From an uncultured Candidatus Saccharibacteria bacterium (GTDB taxonomy: Bacteria; Patescibacteriota; Minisyncoccia; Phycocordibacterales; UBA12088): a DNA stretch of 64,000 nt. Location of the stretch: NCBI GenBank assembly GCA_964409035.1, contig CAYPBQ010000001.1:111638-175637 (forward strand). Direction: 5' to 3'. Each line of letters opens with the position of its first letter. Positions within the stretch are counted from its first letter, which is position 1. Below, in pieces: positions 29,491 through 38,388 of the stretch. A program made the translations under genes and the position numbers. The notes beneath the pieces were generated by a model, which worked only from the letters and a program-made list of their open reading frames with translations, made no database searches and was not told where the DNA came from.

Positions 29491-31593
29491 ATGAACGAAC
29501 AATATTCACCAAGAAACAACTCGCATGGACCTAGAAATGCAAAAGGCAGGTCTCGCCAAAACATTCGCACCATGCACACACCAGAGGCAACAACACCACC
29601 TCTTGAACAAGCCGCAACACAGCAAAAGGCTACTTCTGTGCGCCCACCATCTCGTTATCAGTATAGCCAACGTAGTACTACCCCACACAGGCGAAGCCCC
29701 TCATCACCACGTAGATCAACCTATCAAGGTAGCGGTACAAGCTATCCTAGACGAACACCGCTTGCTGCACCAAGCAACAGAGGAGAAAGCACACAAAGAG
29801 AAGGTCGAGCAAGTACCACCGCAAGAAGCGCTCGAAAATCTTTGCGAGAGCGACGACCACGTACCTCTGCTCCAAAAGCAGAAGTTGTACCACTTCTCCC
29901 TATTCCTAAAATTGCACCGGGAGTTATCCGTATAATCCCACTCGGTGGCGTTGAAGAAATTGGCCGCAACATGACTGCGGTAGAGATTGGTGACGATATT
30001 TTTGTTATTGACTGCGGATTTCAATTCAAAGAGGAAGAGACACCAGGCATTGATTATATTCTTCCTAATACAAAATACCTTGAGGATAATGTAGAGAGGG
30101 TGCGCGCCATGCTGATTACGCACGGACACCTCGACCACATTGGCGGTATTCCGTATATTCTTGATAGAATTGGCAACCCCCCACTCTACACACGAAACCT
30201 CACCGCTATAATGATAAAAAAGCGGCAAGCTGAGTTTCCTCACCTTCCACAAATCGACATGCGAGTAGTAGAAAAGAACGAAAGTATTCGCATAGGCAAC
30301 GTGTCATTTAGATTCTTTGGTGTTACTCACACAATACCGGATTCAATGGGTATCATTATAGACACCCCATATGGTCCAATAGTCGCACCGGGCGATTACA
30401 AGCTGCAACATGTAGCGGGAGTACCATCACTTGAAGAAGAAAATGAATATAAGTTTTTCGATAATGAAAAGCCTCTGTTTCTCATGCTCGACTCCACTAA
30501 CGTTGACCAGCCAGGATGGTCTACGCCAGAGCATCTTGTTCATGAAGGATTGGAGCACATCATTCAAGAATCAAGTGGACGACTTATAATCGGCACCTTC
30601 TCGTCACAAATAACTCGTATCATCAAAACTATCCAAATCGCTGAGAAGTACAAGAAAAAGATTGTGGTAGAAGGTAGGAGTATGAAGACCAACATTGAGA
30701 TTGCTCAGCTTGCAAAAATGTTTGAGCCTCAAAAAGGTACATTTATTACCGCGCAAGAAATGGATAGATATCCTAAGAATAAAATTATTATTCTTTCAAC
30801 AGGCGCGCAGGGTGAAGAGTTTGCCGCGCTAATGCGCATGGCAAATAAGAGCCACAAGTCTGCCCGCATCGAGCCAGGTGATACCGTTGTCCTTTCTGCA
30901 TCAATCATTCCTGGAAACGAGAAGGCAGTTGAAAAACTTAAAGATAACCTTGCAAAAGCAGGTGCACGTATCGTCAGCTACCGAACCAGCGAGCAGTATA
31001 TCCACTCAACAGGTCACGGAAACCGTGAAGAGCTTGCCTGGCTGCATCGAAAGGTAAAGCCTCGATTCTTTATGCCGCTACACGGCAATTACTATCGTCT
31101 CAAGATTCATGCTGAGCTTGCTGAAGAAAATGGCATCGCAAAAGAAAACATCATTATTCCTGAAAACGGTTCTATACTAGAAATACGTGACGAGGGCACA
31201 AAGATGGTAAAGCTCAAGGAAAAAGCTCCTTCTAATATCCGTATGGTAGATGGCTTTGCGGTAGGCGATATGCAAGAGGTGGTGATCCGTGACAGGCAAA
31301 TGCTTGCTGAAGATGGTATGTTCGTAGTTATTGCTATGGTTAATCTAAAAACAGGCAAACTACGCAAATCTCCTGATATTATCTCTCGAGGATTTATCTA
31401 CCTACGAGAGTCACAAGACCTACTTGGACAAACAAGACTCATCGCTAAAAAGGCAGTAGAGGATACGACCGCAACAATGAATCCAATAAACTTTGACTAC
31501 GCAAGAAAGAATCTCACTGACGCAGTAGAACTGTTTCTATTTCAAAAGACTGCAAAACGACCTATTGTGATACCAGTCATCCTTGGCGTGTAA
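29491..31593 (+). CDS. rnj: ribonuclease J with long disordered N-terminal extension
   Basis: PLGGVEEIGRNM, THGHLDHIGG, TGAQGE, PLHG, ISRGFIY. Confidence 0.95.
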   Translation: MNEQYSPRNNSHGPRNAKGRSRQNIRTMHTPEATTPPLEQAATQQKATSVRPPSRYQYSQRSTTPHRRSPSSPRRSTYQGSGTSYPRRTPLAAPSNRGESTQREGRASTTARSARKSLRERRPRTSAPKAEVVPLLPIPKIAPGVIRIIPLGGVEEIGRNMTAVEIGDDIFVIDCGFQFKEEETPGIDYILPNTKYLEDNVERVRAMLITHGHLDHIGGIPYILDRIGNPPLYTRNLTAIMIKKRQAEFPHLPQIDMRVVEKNESIRIGNVSFRFFGVTHTIPDSMGIIIDTPYGPIVAPGDYKLQHVAGVPSLEEENEYKFFDNEKPLFLMLDSTNVDQPGWSTPEHLVHEGLEHIIQESSGRLIIGTFSSQITRIIKTIQIAEKYKKKIVVEGRSMKTNIEIAQLAKMFEPQKGTFITAQEMDRYPKNKIIILSTGAQGEEFAALMRMANKSHKSARIEPGDTVVLSASIIPGNEKAVEKLKDNLAKAGARIVSYRTSEQYIHSTGHGNREELAWLHRKVKPRFFMPLHGNYYRLKIHAELAEENGIAKENIIIPENGSILEIRDEGTKMVKLKEKAPSNIRMVDGFAVGDMQEVVIRDRQMLAEDGMFVVIAMVNLKTGKLRKSPDIISRGFIYLRESQDLLGQTRLIAKKAVEDTTATMNPINFDYARKNLTDAVELFLFQKTAKRPIVIPVILGV

Positions 31594-31621
31594 GTATCAC
31601 CCCGCGCTATACTAGTAGTAT

Positions 31622-32782
31622 ATGCAATCGCAACGTTCATTTGTGCGAAACATATACGCGCTTGATTTTTTGCTGTTCTTCCACCTATTTTTGGTGTTGT
31701 ATGTAAATTCAAGCATATTGTCCAATTACTTCTCCGCACAGGCGGTAAGTAGCGTATTTTTCGTTGGGTCATTTTTTGCACTCCTCGCCATCACTTTTTT
31801 ACCCAGGCTACTTCGCATACACGGTCTTATCAAGGTCATGCTCACTTTGTCGGTCATTGAGACCGCACTTTTTGTCGGACTAGGAACAACCTCCTCAGGT
31901 GTCCTACTAGTGATCTTTTTCATCGCTACACAAATGACATACATAACCCTTACCTACGGGCTTGATATATTACTCGAAAGAGCAATAAGCAAAGAGGGTT
32001 CGACTGGGCACGTGAGAGGGATATTTCTTACTATTGTTAATACCGCACTAATTCTCTGTCCGTTATTAGTGGGGTATCTCGTAGAAAGACATGACTACTC
32101 ATTTGTATACATACTCTCAAGTCTTATTATGATCCCTGTCGCATTAATCATGGGCTTTGGCTTCAGAGGATTCAGCGACCCAAAATACCACTCATACTCT
32201 ATTGTAGATACCTACAAAAAAGTTTTCCAAGTGGACGCACTCAGAAAGGTGTACTTTGCACATTTTGTACTCCGCATCTTCTATGGATTTATGGTTATTT
32301 ATTCCCCACTCTTCCTACGTTTTGAGCTAGGCTTTTCTTGGAGTGAAATTGGAATACTACTTAGCCTTGCAATATTACCATTTGTATTGTTTGAGTATTC
32401 CATAGGCAAAATTGCTGACTCATATATTGGAGAGAAAGAAATGATGGTGCTGGGCTATATAATTATGATTGTTGCGGTAAGTGTATTTTTCTTCGCTACA
32501 ACTAAGAGTCTGGTCTTTTGGGGTATACTCTTCTTTATTTCAAGAACTGGCGCAAGTCTAGTTGAAGTTACCACTGAGAGTTATTTCTTTAAACACGTCG
32601 ATGCGTATGATGCGTCACTAATTAGTGTCTTTAGAGCACTCCATCCTCTCTCTGGTATGATAGCGCCGCTTATCGCGGGTATGGTGCTCCTAGTTGCTGG
32701 ATTGCAGTACGTATTTCTTGCACTTGTCGTAATACTAGTGTTCGGACTTGCATTATCACTTACACTCACAGACACACGCTAA
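31622..32782 (+). CDS. MFS transporter
   Basis: About 12 TM; GKIADSYIGEK MFS loop motif. Confidence 0.85.
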   Translation: MQSQRSFVRNIYALDFLLFFHLFLVLYVNSSILSNYFSAQAVSSVFFVGSFFALLAITFLPRLLRIHGLIKVMLTLSVIETALFVGLGTTSSGVLLVIFFIATQMTYITLTYGLDILLERAISKEGSTGHVRGIFLTIVNTALILCPLLVGYLVERHDYSFVYILSSLIMIPVALIMGFGFRGFSDPKYHSYSIVDTYKKVFQVDALRKVYFAHFVLRIFYGFMVIYSPLFLRFELGFSWSEIGILLSLAILPFVLFEYSIGKIADSYIGEKEMMVLGYIIMIVAVSVFFFATTKSLVFWGILFFISRTGASLVEVTTESYFFKHVDAYDASLISVFRALHPLSGMIAPLIAGMVLLVAGLQYVFLALVVILVFGLALSLTLTDTR

Positions 32783-33648
32783 TTATCGTTAGGTACCATA
32801 TATCGAACGCCTCTTTTGGTTACCAATCCATCACGAACAAGAGAATGTAGGGCTTGCTCCACCTTACTCTTTTCTTTTTTTACTTTTTTCGAAAGCTCAG
32901 CAAGTGTGTAACTGCCTATGGTGAGCTCCCTTACTATGGCCCCTCTTATTTGCCGAGTTGATCCATTGAATGCAGATTGTCCTCTATAATTATGAGCACG
33001 GGCTACATGATTATTGCCACTTTTTTTAAGGTGCGCGCCATAATCCATGAGCGCATATCCCCACTCTCTTACATCTATACCCGCGTCTTTAGCAAACTTC
33101 CACAACATATTCGCGGTAGCAAGTAATTCTTTTTCAGTAACCTTCTCCTTTTCTTTGTAAAAAAAGTGTATTAGTACTGTACGGATATTTGTCTCTAAAA
33201 AGACACTCTCTGTGTTGTAGGCAAACGCTAGGATAGCCCCCGCAGTGTAAACCCCTACACCAGGAAGTGCGACAAGCGCCTCAAGAGTGGTTGGCACTTT
33301 TCCGTTGTGATTAGTCACAATGTTGCGCGCACTCTCTAGCAGATACTTTGCCCTACGGTTATAGCCGAGTCCCTTCCATAAGATAAGTACCTCACTAAGT
33401 GACGCACGGGATAACGACTCCACCGTAGGAAACCGTTTACACCACAAGCGGTAATAAGAAACCACCCGCTCTGCTTGTGTTTGTTGCAACATCACCTCTG
33501 ATACCAAAATCCTGTATGCGATAGTGCTACGACGATTATTATTAACCACGCCAGAGATTCTCCAAGGGAAATCCCGGCGATTGTTGGCATAATAACGACT
33601 AATTGTCTGTACTACTCGTTTGTACTCACTAGCTGCGTTTCTCTTCAT
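32779..33648 (-). CDS. mutY: A/G-specific adenine glycosylase (MutY-like, short, no Fe-S motif)
   Basis: RRDFPWR, VSEVMLQQTQ, WKGLGYNRRA, LPGVGVYTA HhH. Confidence 0.85.
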   Translation of the reverse strand: MKRNAASEYKRVVQTISRYYANNRRDFPWRISGVVNNNRRSTIAYRILVSEVMLQQTQAERVVSYYRLWCKRFPTVESLSRASLSEVLILWKGLGYNRRAKYLLESARNIVTNHNGKVPTTLEALVALPGVGVYTAGAILAFAYNTESVFLETNIRTVLIHFFYKEKEKVTEKELLATANMLWKFAKDAGIDVREWGYALMDYGAHLKKSGNNHVARAHNYRGQSAFNGSTRQIRGAIVRELTIGSYTLAELSKKVKKEKSKVEQALHSLVRDGLVTKRGVRYMVPNDN

Positions 33649-33868
33649 GCAAAATAGTCACATGGTGATCTCCCTCAAGCGGTATAACAAACATAGAGAT
33701 AACATACACCAGTAGGCAAGGTACTATTGCCGTTACGATAAGTACGATTATAAAAATAATCCTAAGCAAAACTGGATCGATTGAAAAGTATTCACCTACC
33801 CCGCCAAATACCCCCGCAACAATGCGATTTTCTCTGCTTCTATATAAATGCTTATAAGGTGAATGCAT
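33629..33868 (-). CDS. PspC domain protein
   Basis: LYRSRENRIVAGVFGGVGEYFSIDPVLLR. Confidence 0.9.
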   Translation of the reverse strand: MHSPYKHLYRSRENRIVAGVFGGVGEYFSIDPVLLRIIFIIVLIVTAIVPCLLVYVISMFVIPLEGDHHVTILHEEKRS

Positions 33869-34086
33869 AAGTAACCATGATTGTATCACAAAACAACAAA
33901 AGCGCTTCTGGTGAACCTGAGCGCTTTTGTTGGTAGACAAAAACAAAAAAACGGCAACGCCGAATTGTTTTTTTATCTACATATGTAATCCCTCTCCACA
34001 AGGGATGTAGCTTTATCGCTACAGAAAAAAGATCATACCCTTATATAGTATACCAATGAGCCACATACATTGATAGTGGATAAATC

Positions 34087-34773
34087 CTACAAGTGGTAAA
34101 TCACATCCTTTCGCTCAACTACCACCTTCCATCCATTTCTTCGGGCATGACGGTATAGCTCTTTATTTGGGTTAACACATATAGGGGTCTCTACCAATTC
34201 AAGAAATGATATGTCCGATTCTGTATCACCTATTCCAAATGAGCCCTCAAGGGTTAAATTATCTTTTTCTATTGCACGCTTCACAATATTTGCCTTGTTG
34301 GCGATAAGGTGTAGGTCCTGCACCTCACCGGTAAAACGATTCTCAGGGCCAATGGGGTATATGCGTCCATAAACCTTATCAAAACCCAAATTCTTGCAAA
34401 AACCTTCTAGGATAGTTTTTGGTGATTGAGATACTGCAAGCAGAAAGTATCTCTGCGCCTTGAGAGATTGAATTAAATCTCTCGTATACTTGTACACACG
34501 ATTATGGTGATACGCGACCACCTCATCTGCTACCGATGCAAAGTCAGCGTAATGCACACCCTTAAGGTGAGTCATAAATGAGGCGACAATAGTATTGAGG
34601 TACGCATCATATTCACCCGTACGCTCTAGCCACGCAGTTTTCTCCTTTTCATAATCTTTCACCATTTCTTTAGGAAAGACTCCCTCCCTTATAAGCGCGT
34701 CTACAAGCTCAGTAAACAGTGAGGATCTGAAGACTGTCCCATCAATATCAAAAATTGCCACAGATCGCTTCAT
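34087..34773 (-). CDS. HAD-IB family hydrolase (SerB-like)
   Basis: AIFDIDGT, GDTESDISFL, VNPN..L. Confidence 0.9.
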   Translation of the reverse strand: MKRSVAIFDIDGTVFRSSLFTELVDALIREGVFPKEMVKDYEKEKTAWLERTGEYDAYLNTIVASFMTHLKGVHYADFASVADEVVAYHHNRVYKYTRDLIQSLKAQRYFLLAVSQSPKTILEGFCKNLGFDKVYGRIYPIGPENRFTGEVQDLHLIANKANIVKRAIEKDNLTLEGSFGIGDTESDISFLELVETPICVNPNKELYRHARRNGWKVVVERKDVIYHL

Positions 34774-34805
34774 GGAGTGAAGTATACATCAAAAAGTAGC
34801 ATATT

Positions 34806-35501
34806 TCAGCGCTTGAGATTTTTAGGTTTTAGGCAATCTCGCAGCCTAAATCTATTACCAGCACTAGGGTAAATAGCAACAAGAGGATCGCGCGCCACGT
34901 CATACACCCTTGCAGGAGCCACTTCTCTCCCATACCTAATGACGAGATAGGTAAAAGTGAACCATTCCTTTGGGGGTAGAATTTTCATCAAATCCTTCTC
35001 AATACAAGTGGGGTCATGAGGTGAGTCAGTAAGATCAAAACGCGCAGCAAAGCGTTGCACATGGGTATCCACGGCAATACCCTCACTTCTTCCATGCAGA
35101 TTACTCAATACCACATTAGCAGTTTTTCTTCCTACACCTGGGATGGTAAGCATCTGAGATATGCTGGTCGGAAGCACACCGTTAAAATCCGCAAGAACAG
35201 TGCTAGCTGCGCGAGTGATGTGTCTAGTTTTAGACTTATAGAATCCTGTTTGAAATATATCTTGCTCAAAGGTAGCAATGTCTGCTGTTGCGTATGCGGA
35301 TATGCTTGGATATTTAGCAAACAAATGTTGCGTTACCTCATTAACTTTTTTGTCTGTACATCGCGCTGAAAGTATAACCGCAACAAGCAACTCCCACTCT
35401 GTGGAGTAATTAAGCATGGTACCCTTCGGCTCAGGAAACATCCTTTTAAGTGCGGCAAGAAGTTTTCTTGCTCGGAGTGCTCTATTTGTCTTTTTCTCCA
35501 T
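34806..35501 (-). CDS. nth: endonuclease III (no Fe-S motif)
   Basis: LLVAVILSARCTD, PGVGRKTANVV, AVDTHV. Confidence 0.92.
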   Translation of the reverse strand: MEKKTNRALRARKLLAALKRMFPEPKGTMLNYSTEWELLVAVILSARCTDKKVNEVTQHLFAKYPSISAYATADIATFEQDIFQTGFYKSKTRHITRAASTVLADFNGVLPTSISQMLTIPGVGRKTANVVLSNLHGRSEGIAVDTHVQRFAARFDLTDSPHDPTCIEKDLMKILPPKEWFTFTYLVIRYGREVAPARVYDVARDPLVAIYPSAGNRFRLRDCLKPKNLKR

Positions 35502-35510
35502 GCACTCCTA

Positions 35511-36647
35511 CTACCTATTCATCCACACTTGTCGATATGCCATTTGAGCCAAGACTCCACAAGCTGCCATAAAGAAGAATGTGCCAATTATCCAACCCGC
35601 AATTGGCATGACACTCACTACCGACAAGGCAACGACACCAATAAATACCCACGATAGGTTAATCTGTTGTTTTTTTGTAAAGACTTTTGCAAGCATTGCT
35701 CCACACAAAATACCAGAATATACCATACTAAGTAGTATGAGTACGCCATAAAGAGCAAGCACAATACATGCAACTATCCATCCAAAGAATGTGACAAATG
35801 CAAGAAGAATCGCTAGTGGCGTAAGTACCATTACACCAAATCCAATAAGTACGCTTTTGAAGAATGAGTGGGCACCCGCATCTACCACATCTTTACTAAA
35901 GTCCTTAAAGAAGTATACAGCAAGTAGTGCCGTGACAAGCATAGCAAGCACCTTTGATACAAAAAACAATCCCGCAAGCGCAAGCATGCCTTTTGTAACT
36001 CCCATGCGTACATCATCTCGTACTGACTGTGTCTCAATCATTTCACCAACCACCACCGATCCCTCCTTGATGGTTATTTCAGCGTGATATGGATACGAGA
36101 GTGAGCCATTTATAACTGCCCCCTCTTCAATAACAATATAATCTGCTGATATCTTTACATCACCATTTGCAGTACCGCTAAATACAACCCTCTCGCCACT
36201 CAAACGGAGAGTCTTTTGTGCTGTACCTGCAAACGACACTTCTCCGCCAGCAAGTACGGTATCCCCTTTAGTGATTGCATCTGAAAGTACTCGTACAGAA
36301 CCTCCTACTGCAAGCAAGTCGCCACCAATGTCAGTGTTTACCGTTATCTCACCACCAGTGATACGCGCATCCTCCATAACTGATCCAAGGATATCAACAG
36401 TACCTCCCGCAATTGAAGCATCATTTGACACCATGCCGGAGAGTAATACACGCCCACCTATTGCATACACATCCCCCAGCACATCACCTGAGAGTATTGC
36501 ATCCCCAGCAGCAACATAGAGATTTTCTGGTGTTACTGAATCCTTAGGGAGTGAATATTGCTCTCCCGCCTTAAACAAGGCAGCGTGAGCTACCCCCGTA
36601 GAAAAAAGAATCGCGAGTAAACAAAAAGAAAAGAGGTGCTTATGCAT
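35511..36647 (-). CDS. bactofilin-like beta-helix repeat membrane protein
   Basis: Signal peptide, GG.V.I.G.V..D repeats, C-terminal TM bundle. Confidence 0.75.
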   Translation of the reverse strand: MHKHLFSFCLLAILFSTGVAHAALFKAGEQYSLPKDSVTPENLYVAAGDAILSGDVLGDVYAIGGRVLLSGMVSNDASIAGGTVDILGSVMEDARITGGEITVNTDIGGDLLAVGGSVRVLSDAITKGDTVLAGGEVSFAGTAQKTLRLSGERVVFSGTANGDVKISADYIVIEEGAVINGSLSYPYHAEITIKEGSVVVGEMIETQSVRDDVRMGVTKGMLALAGLFFVSKVLAMLVTALLAVYFFKDFSKDVVDAGAHSFFKSVLIGFGVMVLTPLAILLAFVTFFGWIVACIVLALYGVLILLSMVYSGILCGAMLAKVFTKKQQINLSWVFIGVVALSVVSVMPIAGWIIGTFFFMAACGVLAQMAYRQVWMNR

Positions 36648-36729
36648 ATAATATATAAATAGTAATACCTACTGTAACTATAGTGTGCCAAAGATACGCC
36701 CAAAGAGCAATCGAGATACCGCCCCTCAC

Positions 36730-37401
36730 CTACTCGGTAACTTCAAACCAGCCAAACGGCATCTTGCATGGCGAGGAGAATGTTTGTCGCTCACCAGTAA
36801 CTGATTGTTCGCCGATAATTTCTCGTGGAGTACACATTGAGACAATGTCGCCCTCAACCTCTTTAGCAATGAGATACAATGCCCCCTCATCAAGCACATA
36901 GTAATCAGTAGCGATTTGTCTCCCAACTCGACGCACCGCTGAGTAATTATCTATAGGATTAACTATCAATAAATTACTATCTTTTCTGTATGCTACACCC
37001 TCTTCAGAAAGAAGATTGTATACCACAATAGCCCCATCGAGTGCGTCTACAATAGCCAGACCCTCGCAACTAGTACCACATCCCCATGTTGCAATTATGT
37101 AATGACCTGCAAAATTAACACCCGTATTCACTGCATTAGTTATAGCCGTACGAAAAGTAGCTGCATCTTTATTAGATTCAAAATCCACTGGCGCCACCAC
37201 CCCATCGTAGAGGTTATCGGCAGGATACTGCGAGAAAGATATACTACGAGGTGTTGGAGTGGTGTGTATATCATTCTCTGCTTGCTGGTACACATACGTA
37301 ATGAGAGTAAGAAGACACGCCAACACCACACACACAATCACATTTTTGAGTGTGAAAAATGTTCTCATACTACTTTTCAAGCGAGGAGGTGTATTGTCCA
37401 T
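36730..37401 (-). CDS. hypothetical membrane-anchored protein
   Basis: N-terminal TM; NFAGHY...WGCGTSC; C-terminal C...FSSPC..PFGW. Confidence 0.7.
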   Translation of the reverse strand: MDNTPPRLKSSMRTFFTLKNVIVCVVLACLLTLITYVYQQAENDIHTTPTPRSISFSQYPADNLYDGVVAPVDFESNKDAATFRTAITNAVNTGVNFAGHYIIATWGCGTSCEGLAIVDALDGAIVVYNLLSEEGVAYRKDSNLLIVNPIDNYSAVRRVGRQIATDYYVLDEGALYLIAKEVEGDIVSMCTPREIIGEQSVTGERQTFSSPCKMPFGWFEVTE

Positions 37402-38374
37402 CGCGCGCAAGTATGTTCATTCGAAGACGATGAATAAATTTTCTTTGTGCCTCATCTCTATTTGCTTCATCACCCTTCCACGCATCAAGAGCGGCGTCCT
37501 GTAGTGCGCGCGAATAAGAAAATGTCATTGGCCACGGATGCGGGCCTATGAGCGCCATTTCATTGAGATGTTCTGTAGCCATAAGTGCTGATTGTCCACC
37601 AGAAAGAAAGACAACGCCCCCTACTTTTTCTGGAACGCAATCCTTGAGCACCGCAACAGTCCGTGTTGCCACATCCTTGTAACTTACCGATACCCCGCTA
37701 TCCTTTCCAGGAAGAACCATACTAGTTTTAAGAATTGTAGAACCCAAATCCACCTCTGCATTTACAAGCTCTTTGTAGAGGGCAGTGAGAACTCGGCGCA
37801 ATGCCGACTCACACTCATCTATGCTGTGAGAACCATCATAAAGCACCTCTGGTTCAAGGATAGGCACCACCCCTGCCTCTATGCAGTTAATTGCATAAGA
37901 CGCTAATGCCTTTGTATCGATTGTTATATCTGCATCAGTCGGAAGTCCGTTACCGACTGAAAAGACCGCTCGCCATTTTGCAAATGATGCGCCCTGTTTT
38001 TTGTATTCTAAGAGGCGCTGATCAAGCCCGCTTAATCCGTCAGTGTATTGTTCACCAGGTGTTTCAGGATTATCAAGTAATCCCTGGTCTACTTTTATAC
38101 CTACTTGTATCCCTTTATTTTTTAAGTGGTGCGCAAATGGATCTCCCAAAAGGGTAGATTGTCGAAGTGTTTCTTCGTATAAAATAACTCCGCTTACATA
38201 ATGCTCAATGTGAGGCGTGGTTAAGAGTAGATCTCTGTACGCCCTGCGGACCTCAGCGCTTTCTGTAATTCCTCGCGCCTTCAATCGCGCATTCATTGAC
38301 TTATTACTCTCGTCTGCCGCAAGAATACCCTTACCCTCTTGCATAAGAAGAGAAACCGTTTCGTGTAGATTCAT
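37370..38374 (-). CDS. fructose-bisphosphate aldolase class I
   Basis: KGILAADES, GIKVD, FAKWR, VPILEPEV, FLSGGQ, TFSYSRALQ. Confidence 0.96.
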   Translation of the reverse strand: MNLHETVSLLMQEGKGILAADESNKSMNARLKARGITESAEVRRAYRDLLLTTPHIEHYVSGVILYEETLRQSTLLGDPFAHHLKNKGIQVGIKVDQGLLDNPETPGEQYTDGLSGLDQRLLEYKKQGASFAKWRAVFSVGNGLPTDADITIDTKALASYAINCIEAGVVPILEPEVLYDGSHSIDECESALRRVLTALYKELVNAEVDLGSTILKTSMVLPGKDSGVSVSYKDVATRTVAVLKDCVPEKVGGVVFLSGGQSALMATEHLNEMALIGPHPWPMTFSYSRALQDAALDAWKGDEANRDEAQRKFIHRLRMNILARDGQYTSSLEK

Positions 38375-38388
38375 ATCCGTATTGTATA

